From the NCBI RefSeq assembly GCF_001447785.1, contig NW_015173165.1, positions 478,813-542,812 on the forward strand: DNA of 64,000 nucleotides, in the 5' to 3' direction. Of this stretch, positions 52,549 through 64,000 are shown one piece after another; within the stretch, counting starts at the first letter, position 1; the number at the start of each line of letters is the position of its first letter. The translations under genes and the position numbers were made by a program. The stretch comes from Gekko japonicus (taxonomy: Eukaryota). A model generated the notes under the pieces. The model did not search any database. It was not told where the DNA came from and worked only from the letters and a program-made list of their open reading frames with translations.

Positions 52549-53183
52549 TAAGTGACCCAAAGTTTCATGGTAAGCAGGGATTTGAACTTAAGTCTTGCTA
52601 GGTCTAGTCCAGCATTCTCACTAGTGCAGCACAGCAAAAAACAAACAAACATACTAGTAGGTTACAATCCCGAATATACAACCATGCTTTTGAAGGGGGG
52701 GGGGGTGCATTATCCATGGTTAACCTATACCTAGTAAAACCATGCTGGAGGTAGTTTCTCCTCCACTTCTCTGCTTGCAAAGGTACCTCTCTAAATCATG
52801 CTTTCTTTGTATGTTTGGGAATCTAACCATGATTAAGACAACAAACCATAATCAGCTCTAATGATTGCCAAGGATTTCGTTATCTACTAGGCCTCAGGAC
52901 CTTTGCCAGACAATCCAGCCTCATGTAGACAAAATGATTTCAGAACATTTCTGCATTATTTCATGACATCCCCATGTCATGGTGTTTGCTGCATAGTCCA
53001 AATTCACCCACCTGGGCAAGTCTAAAACACTTAACAGGTAAGTCTCTTGATCCTGCCAAAGCCTCTTTTAGATCAGTTCAGCTTCTAGTTCAGTTCTTCA
53101 ACTCAGATACAGTGCTGAGGGGTTCAGGTAGAGTACTGGATTTGGACTGGTTTCAAATCCCTGTTCAAATGGATGGTCTTCAG

Positions 53184-53392
53184 CAATGCTCCCTCTAAAC
53201 TGTGGAGTCTTGTGAGCAAAAAATGTACTTTGTGTGAGCTACTGGCATGAAAGTTGTGAGTGAGCAATTTGGCTACTGCATAAATTAGTTTGGTCTGGAG
53301 CCATCCCTTCCTGAGCTAAGACAAAACTGTGTGAGCCGGAGGCTACAAAACTGTGAGCTTGCTCACACTAGCTCAGCTTAGAGGGAACACTG
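53184..53392. mobile_element. hAT-type MITE
   Basis: TIRs caatgctccctctaa...ttagagggaacactg; TSD gtcttcag/gtctttag. Confidence 0.85.
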
Positions 53393-55598
53393 GTCTTTAG
53401 CAAATAATTCTCTCTCTCTTTCTCAACTCAACCTCCTCAGTGTTGTTGTGAGGATGAAATGGGAGAAACCTACATCTGTCACTCTGAACTCCTTGGAGGA
53501 AGGATGCAACATTTAAATACATAGGTTATAAATAAATAGGTAATTATACTACAGTAAAATTACTGTTAATCCATACTTGCATAACTCAGTTTGAATTAAT
53601 ATATACCCAGAAATTTGTTATATTACTGTTTTGAATTTGTAGACTTTACAGAACTTTGTATTGTAACTTTTTAAGATCTCAATAACGCTATTAAAATTTA
53701 AAAAATATATCTCTGACTAAATGCATCACTAATATGGCTCTGCTGACATTTGGTCATCTAAGGAAACACTGGAGGACAAGGAAGACTGGATACACTGAAC
53801 ATAAACATGCAGTGGTACAATACATGTCCCTACACACTTACAGGAATTGTACAATGAGCTTTTAATCAGGTACCATGATGTAGTGACTGGTCACCTGAAT
53901 CCACTCCTTTGTAAGTTAGTAATGCCTATTTGGAGGAGACCAAAACCCACACAGAGCTTTGCATGGTGAAAATTTCAGACTACCGCTGTCTATTTTCACT
54001 TTGCAGATAGGCACGTGCAAGATCAAATTCTCAAGTCTGCATGCATTTTCAAATGCGAGTAAAGACATGACATTTCCAAGATGGTCATCTGAAAACATTT
54101 TACTTGCTTCCCGAAGCTCGAAGCTTCCTCTCCTTTCACTGAAGCTTTTGCTTCTTTACAAGTCATACCATGCATATTTTCTACACATGCCTTTACCTTT
54201 CTATGAGGAGATGCAGTCCTCACAGGCAGATGAAACTGGTGTTAAACTGGATCGGGGAGAAAACATTAAGAGTTTAGATGTGACGGCAACTTGAAAACTC
54301 TGCTAAGCATTTATGTGTAAACAACGGAGCAAAGTGCTGAAGTAGTAATTTTTTCCTGGGGCGAAAAACCCTACCTCCTTCAAAAGAAAACACACAATTC
54401 TATTCGACAATACAATTCTCAGTTTAAAAGGAAGCACTGCTGCAAAATACAGGTTTTCATCCAATCCCCTGCCCTTGAGAAAGCTTGACAAAGCTGGCAA
54501 TGAAAGTTCTCTCTATTTTTAAATGTAGTTTTGCAATGCTGAGATAGTTGGGCACATAATAATAATAACAGTGGTTATTATTTACTGCTACAACTACTGA
54601 CAAGTATTTTGCTAGAGAATAATAATGCTGACTGCTAGTTCTACCCTGCAGGTTAGCAGGTAAAGCAACACAAGAGGAAGTTCACAGGATAGTAAGGCTG
54701 TAACATTTATCTGATTAATCTATTTTACTCATCTTAACAGCTAACAAGGTGCAAACTTTCTTTTAAAATAGAGTTTATTATCTTGTAATGCTGATACAAA
54801 TAGAAATGGCAGGTGGCAAGCCCCGTCTGAGAAGAAGCATGTCATACTCTCTCACTTTTGGGAAGGAACATCTTTTTCGAGATGGTGCATCCTGAAAACA
54901 CACACAGCCACAGGCATAATCTAAAGGACCTTTTTTGTTGCTCCAAATTATTTTTTTCATATGCAGTTTTGATAAATTGTGTATGGTAAATCAACTAAAG
55001 TTCCTTTGAACTAAAAATGAGGATGACATCTTTCAGCCCAAGTGCCAGAACTCCGTAACGCGTGCCTGTGAAGATATTGGCGTGTCTGCTAACAAAAGAG
55101 AAGGGAGGCTTGGGCCAGACACCCTGGGAACAGGCTGTGCCCCAGTAGCAGTGCCAGTGCCTCAGGGTTTTGCCTTCTTTCATTTGACTTATGGGGCCAA
55201 GCAAAACAATCTGTTGTGCTCCTGTTTGTCATGTGTGGTGGCGCTATTCCTGCTCTACAGGATGGAAATTGCACAGTGGTGACCTGAACCAGGCTGAAAG
55301 TTCCTTTATATCCTGACTCTCTTCCTGCATGGAGCTCAAGGTGGCATAAATAGAGTTCAAGGGAGAAGTCTTATCCAGGCACTGACCAGACTTTGGCAAG
55401 ATTTCTGCAACACAAGCATCCACAGGGCCCAACCCTTAAATTAGGTCTGTATTATTGTTCCCAAATTACAGTTGGCAGAGGTTGGTCCAAGACTGAGAGA
55501 GCCGCTTTCCTAAGCCACTCGGTGACCAAGATTTGAACCAGAGACTTCCAACTCACATTCTGTCTGAATCACCAGCAACGCCATCCTTAATTGAGTTA

Positions 55599-55938
55599 AA
55601 GGTAAAGGTTCCCTTGCTCGAAAGCCAGTTGAATCCGACTCTGGGGTTGCGGTGCTCATCTCCGTTTCAAAGCCGAAGAGCCAGCGCTGTCCGAAGATGT
55701 TTCCGTGGTCATGTGGCCGGCATGACTAAACACCAAGGTGCACGGAACGCTGTTACCTTCCCACCGAAGAGGTACCTATTTATCTACTTGCAATTTCATG
55801 CTTTCGAACTGCTAGGTTGGCAGGAACTAGAGACGGGAGCTCACCCCGTCTTGCGGCACCCGGGTCTTGAACTGCTGAACTACCGACCTTCCACAGCCTG
55901 CAGTTCAGCGTCTTAACCACTTGAGCCACCGCAGCTCC
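55599..55938 (-). mobile_element. Sauria SINE, full length
   Basis: ACCTTT-type tail; tRNA-like head ggagctgcggtggctcaagtggttaag; 13-bp TSD cttaa(t/c)tgagtta at 55586-55598 and 55940-55952. Confidence 0.88.
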
Positions 55939-57095
55939 TCTTAACTGAGTTACCCCCTCCTAAATCCATTGACTTAGAAGGTTATAATTCTACTTTGAAT
56001 GGCACTGCAAGTGACACCATCATGTTTTATGGTTTCTTGGAGGGAAGACAAGGGCCATTGCTAAAAGATACCTCAGAGCACTGGGAGAGAGAAGGAGGAA
56101 GCAGTTATTGTCTCACTAACCAGAACTATTTCATTCCACAGGGTGGGGGGAAGAGAAAATACCACGAGCTGACTAATACTTTCCTTTTCCAGAAAGCCTC
56201 TGCATCAGGACAGAAAACCAAACATCCTAATCAGCGACAAAAAAACATAAGAAGGGATTTATGCAAATAATACTTCTGAAGCAGGAAGATCTCCCTTTGA
56301 GTAGAACAACAAAGCTCCTTCCTTACAAGACACAAGGAAGTGGGGTGAGGGGAATGACTAAGAGTGTTTTTAATATGAAGAGAAAATGTTTTCTGTGGTG
56401 GAACAGGGGGTAGGAACAAGAAGTGAGAGCTCCAGAGGAGACTCTTGCCCCAGGGATTCTTCCCATTGGGGCCAGCAGACCCACAAAATCAGTAGCCCAG
56501 GACTGATTCATCTGTTCGCATTTATCTCGGTCTAATTTAATGTTTTGGAACCCCCCTGGGCAAAATTCCCTCTGATTTCCGCCCCCCCCCCTTGAGTGTT
56601 CTTTCTGCTGGAAGGAGGCTGACAGGCAAAGTTTGCCCAGTTCTGACAAACGGGCCCAATGCAGCTGCTGCCCAGTGAAACAGGGCAGCTAGTGGTGGCT
56701 GTGACACACAGCTAGTTCAGAGTCGGCAGGGAGCTCCCACTTGGGACTCACCAGACAATACTGACCCCCAACATCAGCCTTGCCTGTATCTGGGAGGTCA
56801 AATGTCAGATTTAGACTAGAAGACTGAGGTCTGAAACTCCCTCCCAGGAAGCTCACTGGGGAACCCTGGACCAGTCTCTACTTCACAGGATGCTGAGAGG
56901 ACAATGGAGGTATTCTAAATGCTCTACCTCAGACTTCTTGAGGAAAGGGGCAGAATACAAATACGAGTGGAAGGGACCAGAGAAGAGTCTGGCCCCTTTT
57001 CTTTCCAGACTAATCAGGTTCGAGCAGGCTGAATGAACAATCCGGGTGAAGAAGAAAATCAGAGGGAGTTTAACTGTCAATACCACACAAACAAA

Positions 57096-57605
57096 GGCTG
57101 CGGTCACACGGAGCATTAGGCACGCTAGAGAGACGGAAGATAGGCGGATTTTCTGGGCGCGATATCACCGCCACATCTGGGAAGCGTAGAGCTCCCGTGG
57201 CTCACCCGAGGCTTCACTCCGAAGATGCGCTGTAAAAAACTAGTACCTCCGAGGTACTAGTTTCCGGAAACCGCGGAGCATGGGCGGGCGTCTGATCGCG
57301 TTTCCGGTGGTAGTTCCAGCACCCGCCCATGTCCCCTCGCAAAAAGGGTTTTTCCCCCCAAGTCTCCACGGATGCGCACAAGCACCCAACGGAGCTTGCG
57401 CACACTTTAGTTTAACAAAAAACACAACCCCGTTTGCCCCGCGGCCCCGCTTCTTTGCAGCGCCGCAGGAGTGTCCTGTGATCGGCACCTCCCCCTAACC
57501 ACGGGACTTCCACAGGACGTCTGCTGGCGCAACCGCGTGTTATTTTGCCCCGGAGCAAACAGCCACGCTTCCCCCCCGCATTTTCCGGTCCGTATAACCG
57601 GGGCC
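57096..57605. mobile_element. CpG-rich PIF/Harbinger-like MITE
   Basis: Imperfect TIRs ggctgcggtcacacgg...ccgtataaccggggcc; ~3-bp TSD; absent from the paralogous site at ~58750. Confidence 0.72.
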
Positions 57606-57837
57606 AAGAATTGGGTTTTGGATGGAGAACGTAGAGGAGGTATCCTGGACTAGGCAGGAAGTCCTCTAGGGGCTGAAATGATTTTAGATAGGCAGGGTTC
57701 GTGTTCCTCACTAAAAATAGTGAACTATTAAAACTGCCTAGTTATTGTCTTAAAGCTTGAGTCCAGTGGCACCTTTAAGAACAACAAAGTTTGATTCTAA
57801 GCTTTCATGTGTTTGCTATACCCAGAATTAAACTGAG

Positions 57838-58006
57838 AGAGCCAGTTTGGTGTAGTGGTTAAGTGCACGGACTCTAATCTGGGAGAACTGGGTTTGATTC
57901 CCCACTCCTCCACTTGCACCTGCTGGATGACCTTGGGCAAGCCATAATTCTGGCACAGCTGTTCTTGAAAAAGAGCAGTTTCTGTCAGAGTTCTCTCAGC
58001 CCCACC
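57838..58006 (+). mobile_element. Squam3-like SINE, 3'-truncated at a duplication junction
   Basis: Matches the 5' part of the 58968 copy and stops at ctctcagccccacc. Confidence 0.8.
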
Positions 58007-58967
58007 ACAAGACACAAGGAAGTGGGGTGAGAGAATGACTAAGAGTGTTTTTAATATGAAGAGAAAATGTTTTCTGTGGTGGAACAGGGGGTAGGAACAA
58101 GAAGTGAGAGCTCCAGAGGAGACTCTTGCCCCAGGGATTCTTCCCATTGGGGCCAGCAGACCCACAAAATCAGTAGCCCAGAACTGATTAGACTGATTCA
58201 TCTGTTCGCATTTATCTCTGTCTAATTTCATGTTTTGGACCCCCCTGGGCAAAATTCCCTCTGATTCCCGCCCCCCCTCCCCTTGAGTGTTCTTTCTGCT
58301 GGAAGGAGGCCGGCAGGCAAAGTGTGCCCAGTTCTGACAAATGGGCCCAATCCAGCTGCTGCCCAGTGAAACAGGGCAGCTAGTGGTGGCTGTGACACAC
58401 AGGTAGTTCAGAGTCCCATTTGGGACTCACCAGACGATACTGACCCCCAACATCAGCCTTGCCTGTATCTGGGAGGTCAAATGTCAGATTTAGACTAGAA
58501 GACTGAGGTCTGAAACTCCCTCCCAGGAAGCTCACTGGGGAACCCTGGACCAGTCTCTACTTCACAGGATGCTGAGAGAACAATGGAGGTATTCTAAATG
58601 CTCTACCTCAGACTTCTTGAGGAAAGGGGTAGAATACAAATATGAGTGTAAGGGACCAGAGAAGAGTCTGCCCCCTTTCCTTTCCAGACTAATCAGGTTC
58701 AAGCAGGCTGAATGAACAATCCAGGTGAAGAAGAACATCAGAGCAGACAAACAAGGATTGGGTTTTGGCTGAAGAACGTAGAGGAGGCATCCTGGACTAG
58801 CAGGAAGTCCTCTAGGGGCTGAAATGATTTTAGATAGGCAGGGTTCGTGTTCCTCACTAAAAATAGTGAACTATTAAAACTGTCTAGTTATGGCACCTTT
58901 AAGAACAACAAAGTTTGATTCTGAGTATAAGCTTTCATGTGCTTGCTATACCCAGAATTAAACTGAG

Positions 58968-59251
58968 AGAGCCAGTTTGGTGTAGTGGTTAAGTGCACGG
59001 ATTCTAATCTGGGAGAACCGGGTTTGATTCCCCACTCCTCCACTTGCACCTGCTGTATGACCTTGGGCAAGCCATAGTTCTGGCACAACTATTCTTGAAA
59101 AAGAGCAGTTTCTGTCAGAGCTCTCTCAGTCCCACCTACCTCACAGGGTGTCTGTTGTGGGGAGGGGAAGGGAAGGGAGTTTGTAAGGCGCTCTGAGACA
59201 CCTTTGGGTAGTAAAGGGCAGGGTATAAATCCAATCTCTTCTTCTTCTTCT
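58968..59251 (+). mobile_element. Squam3-like SINE, full length
   Basis: tRNA-like head, (CTT)n tail, flanked by taaact; splits a Penelope-type inverted end. Confidence 0.85.
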
Positions 59252-60152
59252 AAACTTTGTTGGTCTTAAAGGTGCAACCAGACTCAAACTTTGTTCTATT
59301 GCTTCAGGCTACCCACCTGAATCTGTCTTTTAAGTCTGACAAACAAACAACATTGGAACCATTAATGATTCCACACCTCCCAGGTCTATTTCCATTATCA
59401 GACTAGAGTGGGGAGGCATTATAGTTTTGTTATATATGCACCTCCCATGTTATCCTCAACCTATATAACCCACTACACGCTCAGTAGGGCCCAGGGGAAA
59501 GAGGTCTTGATTTGTTGCTGACGTGCTTTTCTGGTAAAGAATGAAGGAATCGAGTGCGTCTATAAAGAGGACACAAGAAGAAAAGAATCCCACTTTACTG
59601 CATACATCTAAAGTTAACAGTGCACCTGACATAGTAACATAACAGAAGAGTGTGGGTGGTGTGGTGGGTCACAACTCCAGCTTGAAGGACTTGTTATTGG
59701 CAAAGTGGTATAAAATAAGACAACAAGAGAAAGGTCACTATCGGAGTTCTCACAGGGAGAAGAAAGAAATAATGGTGGGTGAGAGCTTTGGACTTTCCAG
59801 GTCTCCGAGTGTCCGTTTGAGGTGTTTTTAAGAACCTGTTTTACCATATGGTCACTGCAAGCAGGGGATATTGAATGCAGAGTCAGCATCCCTATCACAT
59901 CAACACACACACTGCTGAAAGAGGACTGCTCAAGCCACTGCTTTCTCTCCACAACCCTTTTTTCTGGGGTAGCTTACTTAGAGGAAATCCTGCCTTGATT
60001 CCAGGGGTTGGATTCAACTCCTGCTGGATCCCTTCCATATTTGCTACAGCAGTGACAGACATCTGGACTTGTGAGAAGGAATGAATGACTCTTCCATTTG
60101 CCCTCTCATCCACAGCCCAACGAAAGAGCACCACTTCTGTTGCAGACATTAC

Positions 60153-60206
60153 GTGGGTGGCCGTCTTCTGTCTAAAACTGCAGTACTAAATTTAATCAGA
60201 CAATAC
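60153..60206 (-). other. FAM118B: Possible FAM118B non-coding 5' exon 2
   Basis: ttcctgtgcag| 54 bp |gtaatg; splice signals only, no transcript evidence. Confidence 0.4.
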
Positions 60207-60499
60207 CTGCACAGGAAAGCAACTGGGCAATACCTCTAAAGGCTTCGATTGAACAAGCACTTTGGATGATGAATGGGTTCGAGACAAGCAGGCTTCTGCA
60301 CATGCACAGAGTGCTTCCCCCATATTAAAAACTACAGACAGCACAAGGAAAGTCCCCTATCTCATATCTTGTTTGTTAAAATATCCCACAAAAACCGCTG
60401 AAGTCCCCGTACTGGCAATATCATCCAGCACAGGATGCAACCCTTCAGAAAAGTCATCTGGAAGGAAACCCAACTGGGGAGGAAAACCCCCCAATGGGG

Positions 60500-61060
60500 C
60501 CTACTCCCGAGTAAACGAGCTTAGCATCGCAGCGCTGCACAACTCTACGCCGCCCACCCGCCCACTTTGCAGATCCGCCCGCTGTATTTCATGCGCAGTG
60601 GGGGCCGGGGAAGAGAAGATGAAAACGATCCCTACGGCAGACGCCTTTTGCAACGCAGCGCCAGCAGCTTCAGAGCTTGGACGAAACGATTCTTAGCATC
60701 CCCCCCAATCATGGTTTCGACGCAACAATTTCCACTGGGATTTGCCCGGTAATTTTGGACGCCCCGAGTGATCTCCTCCTGCGTTCCACCCACCCCATTC
60801 ATGCTGAGTTATCGCTAGGGAGAGAACCTGCATTCAGTCCGGCTCAAAGACCAGAAAGACTTACCTTGCACAGGGCACTGCAACCGGCGACAGCAGCAAC
60901 AACAGAGTCGGCAGGAAGCGATTTCATCTCTCTACGCCAATGGTGGGGCTAGAGCGTCCCTTCCTCGCCTCCTCTTCCCGGTTTCCTTTCTTGGCTCTTT
61001 TGGATCGGAAGCGCACGTTGGTTGGTGGCTTTTTCCCATCTCCCTGGGAGCTGCCATAGA
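60500..61060 (-). promoter_or_regulatory. CpG-enriched probable FAM118B promoter and non-coding exon 1
   Basis: Local CpG enrichment; strong minus-strand donor AAG|gtaagt at 60865/60864; ETS-like cggaag and NRF1-like tgcgca motifs. Confidence 0.65.
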
Positions 61061-61704
61061 GAGAGTTGCGATTGCAAGATTTAGGGGGCCGTTAGAATTG
61101 CAGGTTGGTTCGTGGTGGTGGTGGTGGGGAGAGATCCATAAATAAGAGTAGGCTAATTCCTTTATTAGGAACAATTAAAAGCAATGAGCAAGCCCTTGGG
61201 TTCACCAGCAGTCTTAAGGCTGGGTGGTAACTGATGGTCATAGTAAGCAAAAAGGATGGGGAAAGATATTACTGTACACATGATGGGGGGAAAAACACGT
61301 GTTATTAAGTGAACAGTCTGCCTTACAAAGGATCCACATTTTTCCAGTTAGTGGTAGATGGTAAGCAGAAAAGGGGGGAGGATGGGGAACGATATTGCTG
61401 CATGTGATGAAAATAACACTTATTGTAAACAGTCTGCTTTGCATTTTTCTATATTAGGGATGCCAGCCCATCTGGGAATCCCCTGGAATTGCAGCTCATC
61501 TCCAGATGACAGAGATCAGTCCCTCTGGAGAAAATGCATGCTTTGAAGGGAGCAATCTGTCATACCCCACTGAGATCCTGTCCTCCCCAGGTTCCACCCC
61601 CAAATCTCCAGGAGTTTCTCAACCTCGATCTGGCAACCCTACTCCTCCCATATCCTGCCAGTGGCCAGGGAGGACCTGGCAACTCTATATAATGTATGTG
61701 TATG

Positions 61705-61900
61705 TTAAGTGCTGTCAAGTCACTTCCGACTTATGGCGACCCTCTGAGTTAATGTCCTGCAAAATGATCTGTCACTAATAAGCCACTCTCAGGTCTTGCA
61801 GACTGAGGGCCGTGGCTTTCCTTGATGGAGTCAATCCATCTGATGTTGGATCTTCATCTTTTCTTCCTGCCTTAAGCTTTTCCTAGCCTTACTGTATTTT
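61705..61900 (-). mobile_element. RTE-clade LINE 3' fragment
   Basis: gtcaagtcacttccgacttatggcgaccct...gagtcaatccatct...ttttcctagc resembles RTE 3' ends. Confidence 0.6.
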
Positions 61901-61910
61901 TAGGCTCCCA

Positions 61911-62145
61911 CAGGGGTCATTTCCTGCGGGAGCACACAGGAGCGGAGCAAGAAGCACCCAGCAGCTGCAGACACCCCCCCCCCCCAGTAGCTAGCAATCC
62001 AAAACAGTCCAGTGGAGCCTGAGCAGTGGGTGTTGCCTTCTGACACACTTTGGTGATGTCAGGGGGTGTGGCATATGCAAATAAGTGATGCTAATGAGTT
62101 ATGCTAAGGCGCTCCTGCACCTCTTTTTCTGCAAAAGGACCCCCG
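61911..62145. mobile_element. Non-autonomous hAT-type element
   Basis: caggggtc...gacccccg termini; 8-bp TSD ggctccca; related to the 8837 element. Confidence 0.85.
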
Positions 62146-64000
62146 GGCTCCCATAACCTGAGATTTTAAAAATATACTGTCAAGAAGACAGAAGCTGTCT
62201 CAAAGGGATTTTCCAGTCTGTTCCAAGTAACTTTACTGTTTTCTGATTCTCTGAAGAGTATGGGAGCCTGACCCAATCAGGACTACAGTGTATGGGGAGG
62301 GACAGTTAAGCTCCTTCCCTGCTGTTTTTCCTATTCTGAAATGCCCCCCTCCAAACTGCTTATGTAGAAGCCACTTATGTAGAAGGAAGCCTCCTTAAGC
62401 TGGAAGAAGGTTTAGAATATTGCTGAGTGGAGTGGCAGGATACACACCAGCAGCTTCCCAGGGCTGTTTCTATTGGAGACCGACTGGTAATGAAGGTACA
62501 TAGAAAGTTTATATAGATATAATGGCGAATATATACACAGCTATCATACAGCATACCATGCCTTAGCTTAAGAGACTAAGTCCACACCTAGCTTATCAAG
62601 CTGATAGCTAATATACTAAACCTAGCCAATCACTAACAAGGGGAATTAATTACCAACTCTAACAATGCCTGATAGAGAACACCTGCTAGTATAACACCTG
62701 GCTATAATCAATCACTAGCATGACAGCTAGGACTGTCAAACAGATCAAACTGATCTAGTAACTGCTTGCTACCTCTATTAGCTAGACATATATCTCAATA
62801 GTTTCGGGCATGGAGTAGGAGGGAAGCTTATTGTAAAGACTGAAGAATCTGAAAATACTTGAACATGCTAAAACACCGCAAAAAAGATGTGGCGGAAGAT
62901 AAGTAAACGGATCCTCTGCATTCAGTGGCAGCATACCTCTGAACATCATGGGATGGGTAATGATGCTTCTGCACCAGCTGTTGACTGAGAATCTGGACAA
63001 GCCTGCAGCTCATCTTCCTGCTTGCTGGCTTCTGCTGACTCAGAGCTGGCTACACGGGGCTCCTCTTCTCCCGATGAGTCCTCGCTGTCTCTGAGCCCTG
63101 GCTGACTCATGACTCAAATCTAGCTCATCTACTGCAGACAAAGATGGTTACCCACCTGAAACTTTGAACAACATAGTATTTAATCAAAAATTGAAGAGGA
63201 GAATGGCAGCTGTCTTAACAAAAAAGCAGCTTCAGATCATAAGACCTAACTTTGTCTGATGGTGTCAAGATTGCAGTTACTTTTGGGCTCCAAATTGTCT
63301 GGAGGAGAACCGAGATACAACTTGTTCAAGAACAGTACGGTACCTAAGTTGTTCTGGACAGAGCAGCTCCAGGATGTCTTTGCCTATGGACAGTTTGTTT
63401 TGGCTGCCCAAAGCCCCTCTCCATTTCCTTGTGGACTGTTATGCAAAGTTCAGCACTGGCTGCTCACATCAAACAGCCAACATGAGCTACAATTGCATGG
63501 TCCTCCTTGTTGGACGTCTTGCACCTTGGACCAAAACTGCTACTTAACTCCAGAGAGAGTCCTGCTCTGATACTCATTGCTTCGTGCTTGCAACCCTTGC
63601 TCCTTGCCCCAGTCACTGCAACGTGCAATTTAAGACCATTTTCTCTGTTTCATACTATTTGGGGAGGGTGCCCTGAGTGCCAAAGAAGGGCTTTTATCTT
63701 TGTGGTTGTCTTCATAATTGTTGAGAGGTGGAATAACCCAGGAGACTGAGGTTTCTTTCTTTAGAAGCCAACTCCTTACATGAGAATCCTTCCAAACTTA
63801 GCCACAGGGTTTGAGATCATAGAGGCTATCAAGGGAGTGGGGAGCATACAGTTGTGTTTACTTCATAGCAGACATTCTCTGGAGGCATCATTCATCTCTG
63901 ACCATACCTTTCAGCCCTCTTAATTTTGGAGATTTCCTGTATTGGCTATCTTGTCTTGCGGTTTCCAGAATCATCCCTATGAGATATTCCATGGGGAGAG

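Larger units (their letters stand above)
56325..59136. repeat. Tandem duplication of ~1.13 kb; first copy expanded by a MITE
   Basis: acaagacacaaggaagtggggtgag starts at 56325 and 58007; copies colinear to ...cccacc at 58006 and 59136. Confidence 0.93.

Noticed and set aside
60932-61057. Minus-strand ORF starting MAAPR, like the human RPUSD4 N-terminus
   Set aside because: Wrong strand for the expected gene, no further similarity, stops after ~41 codons; at most a uORF
62465-63140. LTR-like segment with tgactca (AP-1) repeats
   Set aside because: Could not find matching TG...CA ends with a TSD, so not listed as a feature

Overview
This is vertebrate genomic DNA from a squamate, probably a gecko (inferred from Sauria-SINE, Squam3-like and BovB repeats). 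It holds three intron-containing genes in the same order as human 11q24. FOXRED1 is on the minus strand: coding exons 1-9 are present and the 3' end runs off the left edge. SRPRA is on the plus strand: 14 coding exons, exon 10 partly lost in an N gap, head-to-head with FOXRED1 across a ~415 bp CpG-rich promoter. FAM118B is on the minus strand: a SIR2-like protein, tail-to-tail with SRPRA, with a probable promoter at ~60.5-61.1 kb. Introns are dense with SINEs, non-autonomous hAT/Harbinger elements with clean target-site duplications (TSDs), solo LTRs, Penelope-type ends and several local duplications. There are three assembly gaps. I found no convincingly new multi-gene system. The best leads are the SIR2-type FAM118B beside the expected TIRAP locus, a MITE family built from KLF+octamer motif arrays, minimal hammerhead-like motifs in Penelope ends, a duplication that preserves an empty transposon site, a TSD-flanked templated insertion in the SRPRA 3' UTR, and odd splice sites in SRPRA exon 1 and the last FAM118B exon. 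Gene identities come from recalled vertebrate protein sequences and manual splice-phase checks, not database searches.
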